Both the position numbers and the translations under genes were made by a program. A stretch of 63,156 bases of DNA, the filler included, from Olpidium bornovanus S191 (lineage: Eukaryota > Fungi > Olpidiomycota), in assembly GCA_017911155.1 (NCBI GenBank). It is 27 parts of 27 records of this genome, joined end to end, with 100 filler letters (N's around TTAATTAATTAA, not from the genome) between each part and the next. Parts side by side here need not be neighbours in the genome. Positions count along the whole stretch, not along the records: positions 1 to 2,287 come from JAEFCI010008398.1; positions 2,388 to 4,245 come from JAEFCI010000362.1; positions 4,346 to 6,203 come from JAEFCI010004260.1; positions 6,304 to 8,760 come from JAEFCI010008354.1; positions 8,861 to 11,530 come from JAEFCI010007391.1; positions 11,631 to 15,223 come from JAEFCI010005311.1; 21 more parts are not named here. One strand, 5' to 3'. Positions 1-13,029 of the stretch are shown here, piece after piece. Every line of letters begins with the position of its first letter. Position 1 is the first letter of the stretch. The notes beneath the pieces are model-generated. The model saw nothing but the letters and a program-made list of their open reading frames with translations, was not told the origin of the DNA and did not search any database.

Positions 1-2286
1 CCTGACAACAACATAACCGTCGTCCCTGGTCTTTACGTCAAAGCGGAAGGCGCTTTCCGCGTGGCCGATCGTGCATTCGGCCGAGCAGTTCCCGGTGTTT
101 TTGAGCTCGAACGTCTTCTCGTAAGTGGCTCCGACAACGCACCCCCCCCAATCTAACCCGCCGAACGTTTCGTCCTCTTGCGTTTTGTACCCGATCCTGA
201 GCTTCGCCCCGCCGCCCTCGCCCCTCGCCTGGAATACAATCGGTTCCTTGCTCCAGTTCACGTGGTACTTGTTGGTAAAGACGCCCTCCCCAGGTGGCGT
301 GAATACAACTGTGATCGGGAACTCCTGCTGCGGCTCCAGGTCCGCCTTTGTGACACCGAACACGAACGTCGGCGGAGACGCGCTTTCTTCGTCTTCGCTG
401 ATCGCTTGGCCGGAGGTTACGGGCTCGATGCGGAACACGTCTTTGTACGTGCCGACGTTTGACACGACAATAATTCGCGAAGAAGACGTGTTCTTCCTCA
501 AAAGGCCGAAATCGCAGACCTGCGGGCTCACGGTAATGAGCGGGTTTCCGACGGTCGCGGTGACGGTGAACTTAAGAACCGCGTCACCGCTGCTTCGAAG
601 CTCGTAAGGCTGTTGGTACAAACCGGATGGCCTTGCCTGGAACGTGGTCAATATGTTGACACTTTGCTTAGGAAGGATCGTCCCCGTGCTCGGCTGAATG
701 ACGAACATCTCGTTGTCCCTTTCGTTCCGGTCACATTCAGGAGGAATGATTGTATTGTCGGCTCTTGGGACAATGCTGTAATCGAACGACAGGTTGCCCG
801 TATTCGGCAGGTTGAAAAGGAGCATTTCGGGTACCCTGTCTCCTCCCCGAATCAGGCCAAGAGAAAAGACCGTTTCGTCGCGCGTTCCACCGCCAGTTTC
901 GACCACTTCTTCCACATTTCCGACGGACTCTTGCAGCTTGCGCAGAGCGGACGTGAGGAACTCCCTGTTTTTTGATCTCGAGTTCCGCAGCCGATCTTTC
1001 ACAGCGCGAATTATCAAGTTGGTACGAGACATTACGGTGTCGTTGACTTTCTGGACAAAGTCCTCGTCTGTCGCGTCCTGCATGACCTGGGAAACCGCAG
1101 CAGAGACAGGCCTTGACGCAGCAGGGCCGACGCCGCGGCTGGCGGCAGTTGCGGGCCTCGTGGCGGCGGCGGCGGTAGGCGGCCTAGATAGCGTCCGCGG
1201 AATCTCAGCGGCCGGCGTCGTCGGCCTTCCTTCGGCGATGGTCTTAATCGACTCGGCAGACACGGTTGAGAACGGCGCGGCCTCCGCGACCGTCGCAAAG
1301 GAGGGCTTGCGTCGAGCGCTTGCAGTTCTGAAGGCTTTAACCTCGGCGGAGTGCGGGGTTCCGGTCATCCTCATGTTCAACGCCTCCGCCATGCACGCTA
1401 TGTCGTCCGTCAGACACAGGATCTGCTCGTCAAGCGGGCCAGCGGCCTTCCCTCTGTCCGCCCTGGCGCTGGACCCGTCAAAAAAACCTTGGGATCTGGA
1501 CGGCGGTCTCGCGCTCGTTCTCGGTCTCGCGCTCCGAGGCGCGGTTGTCGGCTTCGCCTCCAGATTCGCCTCCGGGCTCACCGATACTCCGCCGAACTGC
1601 TCCAGCTCCTCTTCGGCCTTGGCGTCCAGTTCCGCCGACCTGAGCCCCGCGAGCACCTCCTGGAGGATGTCGATGTGAGTTTGAAAGGCCAGGCGGGTCG
1701 CGTCGAGCACGTTTGCGGTTTTGACAACGGTCGCGGCCCGGGGCGCGGTGGGCGCGTCGGTCGGCGCCGCGGGCGTCGGCCTTCCGATCTTCACGATCGC
1801 CTTCCCTCCGACGCAAGACAACTTGCTTATCTGCCTCTCGCCGTCCGTCGTCCGTATGACGAGATTGGCCCGGACGTCCGCGTTATACTCCCTCGGAAAC
1901 GCGGTGCACGTCACGACGGCTTCCTGACCGGGGTCGGCCAGCCCCTGGCTGGGGCTGACGAAGTACACGTCCGAATCCTCGATGGGTATCGCGACGCCGT
2001 CGACCTCGACGTTGTCCAGCGTTACCGTGAAATCGATCGTCCGCGTGCCTGTGTTCCGTAGCACGATTTCGCGCGCGTGGGACCTGTTAATTTCGACGAT
2101 GCCGAAGTCCACTTTCCTGTCCTGGTCGGAGATGTACAGGAAGGGCACGCCCACGATCCCGTAGCACATGAGACTCTTTGTCCCCGCGTCCGTGAGAAAG
2201 CGTATGGCGCTGGAAATAGGCTGGAAATCCGGCGGGTCCACCTTGACCGTCAGCACCTGGGCCGCGCCGATGCTGAGAGTGCCGGC
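1..2286 (-). CDS. Internal fragment of a large ASH/MSP (ASPM-SPD2-Hydin) repeat ciliary protein (Hydin/CFAP47/CFAP65-like); open at both ends
   Basis: Manual translation gives about 762 codons with no stop seen. Repeated ASH-type motifs: VDFGIVEINRSHAREIVLRNTG, CDFGLLRKNTSSSRIIVVSNVG, LDWGGCVVGATYEKTFELKNTG, LFNLPNTGNLSFDY. It is missing from the ORF track because it is open-ended. The exact orthologue is not resolved. Confidence 0.75.
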
Positions 2287-2287
2287 C

Positions 2288-2387
2288 NNNNNNNNNNNNN
2301 NNNNNNNNNNNNNNNNNNNNNNNNNNNNNNNTTAATTAATTAANNNNNNNNNNNNNNNNNNNNNNNNNNNNNNNNNNNNNNNNNNNN
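2288..2387. other. Artificial contig spacer (N44-TTAATTAATTAA-N44); 26 copies in the window
   Basis: Identical 100-nt spacers with six-frame stops start at 2288, 4246, 6204, 8761, 11531, 15224, 17582, 18726, 21591, 24045, 25585, 27118, 28376, 29701, 33815, 34921, 37897, 39339, 40533, 41838, 44065, 47810, 49884, 55911, 60892 and 62056. Confidence 0.99.
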
Positions 2388-3607
2388 ATCTTGGGCATTG
2401 GCGACTTAACGGTTTCCCGTCAGCCTGTCTTGGTGGCAGAGGTTGATTGTTGGGTATGCCTTGGTGGAGACATTCCCCGTTGTTTAAAGATCAAATCCGT
2501 CAGTCATGGACGATGGACAAGGCCGAGCACGCTGCGGTGTCGCTCGAAGTCGGGCTGGGGGGGGGGGGGGGGGGGGGGAAAAGGGCCTTTGGCCATTGTG
2601 CCGGCGAGATTGTCGCGAGATGGGACAGCGATGACGGCGGTGCGACAAATCTAAACCGCTTCTCCGACGCACAGGTCCCCGCGGGTCGACACGCTTGCTC
2701 ACATTTTCGGACGCGGCACGCGTCCTTGGAGATCGCGATGGCGCGCGTAATTGCCCACGGTGGAGCGCGGGACGGGGAGGCACACGAACACACAGTCTCG
2801 GATATCTGCCGCGGATCCAGGCTGTTTCGGCTTCCGCGGAACCGGTGACGCTCAGAGTTTCCCTTTTTTTTTTTTCTTTCCTTTTTTTTTTATTTCTTCA
2901 GCGATTTATGTTTTCCATTCCGCTCTTGTCACCGTCGTCGTTTTCCGCCTTTTCCTTTTTTTTTCCCTCCCCTTTTATACGCGTTTTCTTCTTCCGCTCG
3001 TCGTCAGCTCAAGCGAGGGGAGGGGGGAGGGGGACGTTTGAGCTTCCTATCCGCCAGCGCATTTGCGCATTGGCACTCAGTATAAGCGACGTGAGACTGC
3101 GTCAGCACTTAAGACGGCAGCCACTAACAATGATCTGACTACGGGGGGGGGTGGGTTGATACCGTTCCCGTGTACAAATGTAGTCCGCGCAACGTTCGAA
3201 TGCACGACGGCACCACGAAGATAAACCCGCACCGGCAGACGTTCTGCCATTTCTCGGCCGCTGCCGGGACCCTGCAAATCCGTTGCGCAGGTGCGATTTG
3301 TTATGGAGCAGAACAAAAGCCCGAGATTTCCTAGGCCGTCCGTTTTCGCAGGAGCGGGAATCACTGTAAAACCAACGGAGGCCGTCCGTTTTTGCAGTAA
3401 GCGTGGTAAAAACCAACGGAAAGGAATTTTTCCACAGGCTTGGGGGAAAAATTACCGCCTTCGTCAAGGGCGGGGGCGGGGAGGGGGGGGGGGACGGGGG
3501 GATGATTAACCATAGAAATTCGAACCGGGTCCATTTCGGCGGGAAAGCGAGAATCAAATTCTTCTGACGCTCCCTGGAGCCCCCGGATGCGGCGGGGCGC
3601 GCCCCCG

Positions 3608-4035
3608 CTAATGACACCCGACGCTTGGCCCGGTGACGCCCTCCTTGCGGAAAAGGAAGAAGCCGACGCCGGCGCCCGCGATAACGGAGAACACCAGAAA
3701 CCCGTTGAACGTCTGCCGCCGGGTTTCGCGGGCACGGGTAAGAATTCGATTCGTTCGAGCCGTGCGCGACGGAACCTTTTCAGCCCCGGGTTCCGTGGTT
3801 CTGCACCCCAGGCGTGGGGGTGTGGAAGGTGCAAAAAGCCAGGCGAGCCGTCCACAAAGGGGGTTTCCGCGAGCGGCGGGGTCGTCCCCGTCGTGAACAC
3901 ACTCACCATCGCGACCAGCATCAGGAAGTACGCGGTGAAAACCTGGACGGCGTGGAGCAGGGCTCTGATGGCCTGCTGACCGCGGTTCAAACTTACGGTC
4001 GGGCGGCCACGTCGCGCCGTGCGCGAAAGAAGGGG
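3608..4035 (-). CDS. Ctr/SLC31 copper transporter, last two exons (about 4035-3907 and 3712-3608)
   Basis: Spliced translation reads QQAIRALLHAVQVFTAYFLMLVAM|TFNGFLVFSVIAGAGVGFFLF...GCH*. It has the MxxxM motif, GxxxG and a C-terminal CH. GTGAGT donor at 3906 and CAG acceptor at 3713. Confidence 0.88.
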
Positions 4036-4186
4036 CTCAGCCCGGGGGGTCGGTTCGGCGCCTGTTTTGCCGGGCTCGGGGCCCGGCCCACAAACCCGTT
4101 TTTTTCTCCAACTTTTTCGGGCTCAAGCGCAACGCGACGCCGCCCCGTGGGGGGGGGGGGGGGGGGGGGGGGGTGGCGCCCCCCCC

Positions 4187-4236
<50 letters not shown>

Positions 4237-5302
4237 CGGCGGCCGNNNNNNNNNNNNNNNNNNNNNNNNNNNNNNNNNNNNNNNNNNNNTTAATTAATTA
4301 ANNNNNNNNNNNNNNNNNNNNNNNNNNNNNNNNNNNNNNNNNNNNGGCGCGATCTGGACGCAAACAAAAACGCTTCATCTGTTTCACGAAGATTAAACGG
4401 TTAAGCAAACTACAATTGCGGGTGGGCCGATGTAAAGAAAAAAGCCCAGCGATGGAAAGCAACATGGTACGTAAAGAATGCAACTGGGCTGTAGGTATCG
4501 CCATAACCAACGGCCTCATCTGGTGCGAATTCTCGCGCGGCATAGCTAGCCTTTTATTTCTCAATTGAGCGCATTTAGAAGGCAGGGGATGGGGACATCG
4601 GCGCTGGGGACATCGGCGCTGGGGACTTTGACTTACTTTTATTAGATTGCGTTCGTTTTTCTTTAAAAAAGCTAAAACAAAATTACTTCAAGAGATTATA
4701 TGTTCGGGAGGAGGGCGAGGCGCCAACCAGTTTTTTTTTGTGTTTGTTTTTTGTTTTTTGTGTTGTTTTTCGACTTTTGTTGTTTTTTTGTTTTGTTGTT
4801 TTCTTGTTTTGTTTCGTTTTGGCTTTGCGTTGTTTTTGTTTTGTTTTGTTTTTTTTTCTGTGTACTGGTTTTTGTTTTGTTTTGTTTTTTTGTTAGATTT
4901 TTGTTTTGTTTTTTGCTTTTTTTGTTTTGTTTTTCTTGGTTTCTTTTTTTTTTATGTTGGGCCCGCCTGTTTATGCGCTTTTCGCCCGGCGGGCTCCGCC
5001 ACCAAGCTTCCGTGTACGAACGCGGAAAGGGGTCGCCCGGCCGTGTAGGTCGCACATCTCCACGCGCCTCCCGGGGCATCCCGTTCGAAACACGATAAAA
5101 CCGGTCGTCGCAGCCGCCCGCCCCGCCGTACGTCCCAGGCGGGCTCCCCGGCCAGGCACGCGGCGTTTCCGCATTTCCAAGCCGTCGCAAAGTGCACGGG
5201 TCTTCTGTGTGGGGGGACGTGGGGGACGAGCGGCGCGCTGCGCCTGCCCGGACGGCCCCGAGCTCGGCGGCGCAACGCTCTCGCGTCCACGCCCGCCGAC
5301 CT

Positions 5303-5338
<36 letters not shown>

Positions 5339-6318
5339 CGTCGGGAGGCCACCCGGAAGGGCGCGAACACGGCGGGGATCGAAGGTTCGCACGTCGCGCC
5401 GCGGCCGCCGGATCGTCGTTAAACCCCCGGCCTCCGCCGTCGTTGTCGTCAACCCCACGATCGGCAGCGTGCTCGACGACGCGAAGAGCCCGCGGGGTTT
5501 GCGCAGCACGCGGCCCCGTCGAGGAGTGGGGTTGTGCCAAAGTGCACCGGGGTTTATTGCAATGCGGACGGAATGGGGAGGAGGAAAGGGAGAAAGGGGG
5601 GAAGAGGGGAGAGAGGAAAGGGAGGGAGCGGAGAAAGACGGCAGAGCCGCGCAGCGGCTGGTGGCTGGCTCTGCGGAGGTTCCGTTCAGGAATCTGGACG
5701 GAAGAAGAAGAACCGGGTGCAGCCGGCAAGGCCTAGGAGCTCCTTGCAATACGGGACGATGACACATTTTTTTTTGAAATCATCAGCTGACCCAGCCTGT
5801 CTGAGAGAAATTCGCGTTGTTTCATCCACGCACGTTGCATTTCTACAGCGGACGGAACTAAGCCCAACGGGCAGGACTCAGGAACCCGCGCAGTCAGCAG
5901 GATAACCCCCCCACCACCACCACCACCATCTGCTGGCTTTTCCAAAAAAAATGAATAAAATAAATAAATTCTTGTTTGCGGCTTGCATCCATCCGACTTT
6001 CGCGGTTGTCGAGGAACTGGATGGATGGCGCATCCGCCGTCAGACATGCCCGGCTTGCTGAGGTCCGGGGTCGCCGGGCGGACGGACAGGAAACGTCGGA
6101 CGCGCCCCGCGCGCGGCCGAGAACGTCAAAACGGGGGGGGGGGGGGTCTCTCCGGGGTTTCCCCGCCGGGCGGCGGGGAAACGGCCCCCCCCAAAAAGGG
6201 CCCNNNNNNNNNNNNNNNNNNNNNNNNNNNNNNNNNNNNNNNNNNNNTTAATTAATTAANNNNNNNNNNNNNNNNNNNNNNNNNNNNNNNNNNNNNNNNN
6301 NNNATTTGGGAACCCGGG

Positions 6319-6354
<36 letters not shown>

Positions 6355-6357
6355 GAC

Positions 6358-7769
6358 ATGGCTTCTGGGGAGCCCGCCGCCGGCAGCGGGAGCCGGCGGC
6401 AAGCAGGAACGGGGGGCCTGGGAGCCGGAGAAGGCGGCGCGCCCGCCGGTCCGCCGGAGGCTGTGGCCGGGGGGGCCCCTGCGGCCGAACAGGCGGCGGC
6501 GCCTCCCGCAAGCCAGCAGCGGCACGCTCTTCACACCCACCAGCACGCGAGGCTGGTTTCGAAGCTCGCGCCGGCGGCGGCGGCCGCCGACGGCGAGGAC
6601 GCGCCCGGGCGGATCCGGGAGGACGAGGTCGAGGAGGACGAGGAGGAGAATGACGACGGCGGCGAGGACGACGACCCGGAGCAGCCCCTCCCGCGCGACG
6701 CGCGGATCCTTTCCCTCCTGCTCGCGTCCATGGGCGTTACCGAGGCAGACCGGATGGTCGTGCCTCAGCTGCTGGAGTTTGCGCACCGTAAGCGAACCGA
6801 AAAAAAGGGTCTCCGCAAAAAGCCCTCTCGTTGATTCCGCGGTCGCTGTTCTCCCTCGGAGCGTGGGCGGGGAAAAAGACAGAAAAAGTCATTCTTGCTT
6901 CACCCGACGTTTGGTGACCGTACAAAACGCATTCTTTCGACTTCCTGGACGAACAAGGATACACTATCGATTTGCTTCGAGACGCGCAGATTTACAGCGA
7001 GCATGCCGGGAAGAGTGAGATGGATCTGGATGACGTGCGTTTGGCGATCCAGGGGCGGCTGAACCACGCTTTCACCTCCCCGCCGGAAAAGGAGGTAAGC
7101 GCGCCGCGGGAGGGGCGCTGCAGAGCTAGGTCCGCGTTACCTCAACGGTTGGGAGAACGGACGAACCCACCGCCACAGCGAAACTGATCTTTGTGGCCTA
7201 ATGTACTATGATGAGGCTGACGTCAACTCCCCGGCAGCTGATAATGGACCTCGCCAAGGAGAAGAACCAAATACCTCTCCCGCTAATACCAGAGAAATAC
7301 GGCATCCGACTACCGCCGGAACGCCACTGCTTGACCGCCGTCAATTTTACAATACTTCCCGTGGTATGGGAACGCCCTTGTCCTGGTTAGTGTACGTGAA
7401 ATACGAGTTGCGTGTTCCCACTTAACTTGGTTTTTTTGCCTCCTATGGCTTGTCATTGTGTGGTACCAGAAACCACCACAACCGGGAATTCCGCCTTCTT
7501 TAACTATGGAAAGCCCGGCGCGGTCTGCTACACCGCCACCAACAAGTCCGGCGCAGCCATCAATTAACGCCGCGAGAAGGCCCCTTCCTGGTCCGCCGCC
7601 GCCGCCGCCGCCAGAGCCGTCCGGAGACGAAGAGGACGAAGATGAGGAAATGGAGGAGGTCCCGGTGACACCGTCGAAGGACAGCGAGACCGCTGCGAAC
7701 GCTGCTGCTGCCGTGGAGGTGTTGGCACGGAAACGGTTACTGGACGAGGACGATGATTACGACGATTAG
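6358..7769 (+). CDS. TAF9: TFIID/SAGA subunit TAF9 (exons 6358-6787, 6958-7094, 7238-7363, 7470-7769)
   Basis: LPRDARILSLLLASMGV...VVPQLLEFAHRYTIDLLRDAQIYSEHAG...DLDDVRLAIQ histone fold, then LAKEKNQIPLP...GIRLPPERHCLTAVNF and a C-terminal DEDDDYDD. All junctions are GT-AG and keep the frame. Confidence 0.95.
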
Positions 7770-8019
7770 GCGACGGAGGGCCCAAACGGGCGCGGTTGAT
7801 CTCTTTCTGAACGTGTCTCACGCTGCTGAGTCTGCGTGTCGCGTTTGCATTGTTCGGTGTATAAATGACTGGTCGTGGAAAGCTGACATATCCCTTCTTG
7901 CTCTCCTGCCGTTTATGCCGTGCTTCCTGGGCGTAACGCTGCCACGGTGTGTGCACGCGAGTCATCTGCTATTTCGCGCCCCACGTAAATGGGCGGGGCA
8001 AAAGTGAAACTGAACGACA

Positions 8020-8620
8020 AAAGAGAAAGAAGCCCGTGTTATTGCCTTCTCTTTGGGAGGGATTCCCGACGGTGGAGATCTTGACAGCGGCCTCCTGGTC
8101 GTTTTGTGTGTATGGATCAGATAACGTGGGAATAATTTTTGCCCAAGCTGCTTGAGTTCCAAGCAAAAGTTCTTCCACCGACGTTTTTACGCGTCGCAGG
8201 TTAGAGGGGATCGGCAACCGGATCTTATGTGACACCGCGTAGCCACGAAGTGCCGCTCTGTGGTGGATGGCCGCTATTTACTGCAAATTGAAGGGCAAGA
8301 AATTCATTGCAAGGCACCGCAGCCACATCCACACTTTCCGGGCACAACAGAGGGCACCCTCGTAGCTTCGCTTTTTTCCTCATAAGAAAAACAGATTGTG
8401 AAGTGTGCACCGAACGATTTGTTGTATTGTTACCAAAGGTTGATATTACGCATTCACTAATGCATTCGCGTATTGACGTATCCTTTGAAGACATCGTGCT
8501 GGGGAAAGTTGTCGTCTGCCAAAAATGTTGACATCAATTTTTGAGGAGGTACGAAAAGGAGTTGCTCATCATCGCGTTTGAATTCTCCACTTTGAAATGC
8601 ACCCCGTGTGCGGCGTGGTG
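8020..8620 (-). CDS. Possible unidentified spliced gene converging on TAF9
   Basis: Several stop-free, protein-like minus-strand segments (DEHHAAHGVHFKVENFKRDDEQLLFVPPQKLMSTF; VKTSVEELLLGTQAAWAKIIPTLSDP). No family recognised. Confidence 0.3.
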
Positions 8621-8874
8621 TTCGTCAACTGGCAAGCACCCATGATCACTGTGTTCAAGAGCGTCACCAGTCACTACAGTCCCCAACAGTACACACGTCA
8701 ACCAGAATTAAGACGTCAAAAAAGAATCTGTTTACGAGACGCAACAATTGAAACTGGAAGNNNNNNNNNNNNNNNNNNNNNNNNNNNNNNNNNNNNNNNN
8801 NNNNTTAATTAATTAANNNNNNNNNNNNNNNNNNNNNNNNNNNNNNNNNNNNNNNNNNNNGCGCCCCCTCCCCG

Positions 8875-8913
<39 letters not shown>

Positions 8914-10289
8914 CCCCCCCGCTCCCCCGCCCGCCTCTCTCTCTCCTCACAGCCGTTACGCGCGTCTGGCCCCCCCTCCACTCCACACCCTTCTCTCTAA
9001 GCCGTTGTGCGCGTACGTGCCCTGCCCCCCTTCCCCTGCTTTGTCCGTCCCCGCCAGCTACTTTTTCCCGCTCTTCGGCGAAGATGAGCAAAATCCAACT
9101 TCAGACGATCTTTGTGTGACGTCGACACTTGTTCCTGAGCCTGCCGGAAAAAAAAACCGCGCCCGCGTCTTACTCGGCCCCCCCCCCCCCGGGTGCCGGC
9201 GTAGCCCGTTCTCCTCCTAACAAACCGCGCTTCCGCTTCGTCACTGGCCAGCGGTCGCTCGATCACCGTCGTCGCAGTTGCTTCGGCGCGCCGCGCAGGT
9301 TGAAGGTCTGTGTCTCGGGGGTGGTTTTGCGGCTTGACGTGAGCAGTAAGCTGTCGCCGGAATCCCTTGGCTTTGACGCGTCAGGAGAAAAGCAACGCCC
9401 GGCGCAAACCGTTCATGAAGTTCTGCGCGCTTTCTTTTTTTTTTTTTTTGGAGATCTGCCGGGAGAACAGCGGATTCGGGTGACTCAACGATCGAATTGC
9501 GGTCGCTGACTATAAACCCTCGCCCGCTTTTCTTATTCGATTTTTATTTTCGTCGCGCGCGAGATTTTCACCACGCGCACACGCACACAACGCGCGACGC
9601 CACAACCCACGTCCAACAATCGCGCGCGCAGTTGTCCCGGGGACGGCGCCCGCGGCCCCCCCACCCTCCTCCCCGTGGAGTTGTTTGAAAAAAAAAAAAA
9701 AAAAAGGCACGCGCTCAACGCGCACTACTAATCCTGCGTGCGCCCTTCGCAGTCTGGAGAAGAAACAATCAAGCGGCCCGCGGCCGGAGAAGCCGATCTG
9801 CTCAAATTGACGCCGGTGAGCGGCCGAGCAGACGGCGAACGCGAACGGTTCCTCTTTCCCCCCCCCCCTCCCCCCCCCCACCATCTCTTTTCACCGACCC
9901 AACGCCGCGGGAATGACTCCCCCCTTACCGCTATCAAAACCTTTTCGGAAGCGGCCGGCAGAATGAAGAGCTGCCCTCCGCGGGCCAGTTGTTTTGTTTC
10001 TCGAAGCCCCTGCCCGTGTACAAAAACCCCCTTTTTCCTCCCTCCTTTTTACGATCCTCCTCGTCGCTCTCGATAATAATAATGATGAAACAAATACAAA
10101 CGGAAAGAACGGGCGCTTCTTCCTTCGTCCGTCTGTCGAGCACGTCATTTCTCCTGAGATATGTACAGTGCAATTGGCGTAGTAACAGTGCAACGGCATA
10201 AATCTTTAATCCAAACGCCCGCAATCGAATTTCATTCCACCTGCCGGAAACCCGGCAAATCAAGGGAAGGGGGGGGGGGTGGTGGTTTG

Positions 10290-10605
10290 GCAGAACCTAC
10301 CGCACGCACTTATCCCTGTGAATGACTGGATTTGTCGCTGGGCCAGGGTGACTTTGGCTGCCCAGACAACCAACATGTGTTCCTGAAGGACGTTTTTACT
10401 TCCACGGGCAGTGGCCGAACGAAGACGCGGACGGGAAGACGGGCAGGAGCTTTCTGTTTTGAGCTGTTCACCGAGTTGTAGAATCTCTACGGAATACAGG
10501 CCTATTTGTACCTCAAAGGTGTTGCGGGTTTACAGAAGGAGGTAAGGGGTGGACGGGGGGATTTCCGCCGGAGCCACGCGGGCACCGCCCCCCTTTGTTT
10601 CAACA
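10290..10605 (-). mobile_element. Probable 3' LTR of the copia element; the start at 10605 is clear, the far end is uncertain
   Basis: TGTTG start immediately after the PPT. No second LTR is available to define the length. Confidence 0.5.
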
Positions 10606-11530
10606 CCCCACCTCTCCTAGGAATTCTATATCCCATGGTCACTTAATTTTCCTCTGTCCGGTCTACGTTTGCCTTTCTTGCTGTAAATCTTGGACGGTTA
10701 GTCGTTGCACGGACCTATCCCGATCATTCCCCGAAACTTGGTAAACTTGACTTTGTCCAGCGGCTTTGTGAACATGTCCGCTGGGGTTTCTGCGGTTTTG
10801 ACCCTCTGAATTTGGATCTCGCCATCCGCTGCGCACCATCTCAGGTGGTGGTATTTGATGTCTATGTGCTTTGACCTTCGTGAAGCCTTGTTGTCCGCAG
10901 CAAGTTCTGCAGCTCCCGTGTTGTCTATCATGAGTGGCATTGGGCCGTTGGTCATCAAGGAGACCCCACGTATTATGGACCTCAGCCAGACGGTTTCCTG
11001 TGCCGCCGCTGAACCCGCGACAAACTCTGCCTCACAGGTAGATGTTGCAACGCACTTCTGGCGTGCCGATCTCCATGACACTGATCCGTTGCCGTAAAGA
11101 GCGATCAAGCCGGTTGTCGACGCTCATGTCGCGCGGCACCTGGCCCAATCTGCGTCGCTGATCGCGATCAATTCCGACTCCCCTTCCATGAAATGGATCC
11201 CGTAGCGTGGAGTCCCCGCGAGGTAGCGCAGTGCTCTTGACTGCTCCCCAGTGTTTAGCGCTTGGGGATGCAACGAATTGGGACAAGAAGGACACGGTGA
11301 ATGCCAGGTCGGGTCTGGTCATGGTAGCCAACCACATGAGCGATCCGATGGCTTACTGGTATTGTTCAGTGCCTTCTTCTCCGTTCTTTTTTTTGTCACC
11401 GGCCATGGTCATGGTCAACGCCTCGAGGGGCCCCGCTTCTAAGGGGGTTGCGACGGGCTTCGCGTTCTGCATATTGAACCTTTTGAGGAGGGCTTTGACG
11501 AAATGTTCCTGGTCCAGGGCGCGTCTCCCC
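10606..11530 (-). mobile_element. Ty1/copia pol 3' end (RT tail plus RNase H, frameshifted) with PPT
   Basis: GSLMWLATMTRPDLAFTVSFLSQF and SWRSARQKCVATSTCEAEFVA...RSKHIDIKYH...ADMFTKPL. PPT AGGAGAGGTGGGG at 10618-10606 is directly followed by TGTTGAAAC. Confidence 0.92.
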
Positions 11531-11630
11531 NNNNNNNNNNNNNNNNNNNNNNNNNNNNNNNNNNNNNNNNNNNNTTAATTAATTAANNNNNNNNNNNNNN
11601 NNNNNNNNNNNNNNNNNNNNNNNNNNNNNN

Positions 11631-13029
11631 CCCACCGCTCGAGCTCGATGTACCGCCCGCTTCTCCTTATTGTTCGGGCCCCACCAATCGAGGGGGGCCC
11701 ATGTACGTAAAACCCCTGGTGCCCCCCCCTCTTCTAATAAACACAAGAAACCTTCGCCAGACACACCACCCACAACAACGGCGTCTGACAGCCGTTCTGC
11801 CGGTCTGCCAGAAGCCCCATTGACTTGATGTGCTTCTCGTGGGCTGTCTGCGGGAAAGCCTTCGTCAGTCCATCGTCGACCATGTTCGGCGAGCGCCCGT
11901 CCACCATCTCGATGGGCCTTTGGTTAATGACATCTCCGATGAAGTACCACCTCATTGCGATGTGCTTCATTCTTTGGTGGCTCACTGGTCTTTTGGCAAC
12001 GGCCTGGGGCCCCTGGCTATCGCAGGTTATCTTGATCGGTCGACTTTCTGTCCCTTTGAGCGCGGTGAGTAGCTCCTGCAACCACAGTGTTTCCTTAACT
12101 GCCTTGGCAAGAGTGATGTACTCCGCTCTGTGTTCGACATGGCGACAATGTCCTGCCATCGACTCGGTCAGCTCACAGCCGCCCCAGCAATCATGAAGAT
12201 CGATCCACTCGTCGACCTTCTCGTTGTGCAGCATTCGGTGTAGTCCACATCGCAGAATCCTTCAGACCACCCTTCCTGTTCATGGCCCCCATGCTGACGA
12301 TAGCATAGTGCCCATCCGGCAGTGTATTTCAGGTAGGTGATGACTCGCAGTCCGGCCTCCCAATCCTTCTCGGTTGGTGCTGTCTGGTGTCGTCCAAGGT
12401 AACCCAGGGCATAGGCAATGTCAGGCCGCGTGCCCATGGCAACAAAGAGCAATCCACCCACCATCTCTTTGTACCTGGTTGCATCGTCTCTTCCCTTCTT
12501 CGCCTTCCTCGCGCTGAGTGAGTTCCATCGGCATCTTCACGGCCTTCCTTGTCGTAACGCCGTATTTGTCAGCTAGCTCTCGTATGTACGCTCATTGATC
12601 AATACTTGCTCCTTCCGCATCTCGCCTGATCCTCAGACCGACGAGCAAGTTCAACGAGGTCAGGGTAAAGCTTTTCCCGATATCTCCCAGGATCTGGTCC
12701 ACACGTCCCTTGTCCTTTGCAAAGATAACGAGGCCATCAACCCAGGTGAGCACCCAAGCCAGCCCCGTGCTACTTTGCCTGATATAAGCTCCTTGATCCG
12801 CCGCCATCTGCTGGAATCCAAGCGAATCCAGAGTGCCTGGCAATTTGGTTGTCCAGGCGAGCCCTGCCTGCTTCAGGCCGTATAGCGGACGTCAAAGCCG
12901 CATTACTTTGTTGCCGTTGCTCTCGCTCTTAGGCAAGACTCCCTCCGGGATTCCGATGTAGACCTCTTCCTCCAGATCGCTGTTGAGGTAGGCCGCCTCG
13001 ACGTCTGCCACTCCCATCAGCCATCCATT
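11631..13029 (-). mobile_element. Degenerate Ty1/copia RT plus RNase H, with the start of a 3' LTR (about 11763-11631)
   Basis: GWLMGVADVEAAYLNSDLEEEVY, RPLYGLKQAG, LTWVDGLVIF, GTRPDIAYALGYLGR, RRSTSG, AEYITLAKAVKE, RMKHIAMRWYFI. Multiple stops and a frameshift. Confidence 0.92.

Noticed and set aside
125-2164. Plus-strand ORFs (125-607, 794-1678, 1351-2061 and others)
   Set aside because: They are antisense shadows of the continuous minus-strand ASH-repeat frame.
2332-2343. Recurrent TTAATTAATTAA motif
   Set aside because: It is always centred in N-runs of fixed length, so it is an artificial six-frame-stop linker.
4647-5340. Phe/Val/Cys-rich or Lys-rich ORFs and poly-Gly/Pro ORFs
   Set aside because: They derive from (GTTTT)n and homopolymer low-complexity DNA.
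10520-10605. 86-bp LTR ending at the TGTTG at 10520
   Set aside because: It is unusually short and there is no second LTR or TSD to confirm it, so the boundary is left open.
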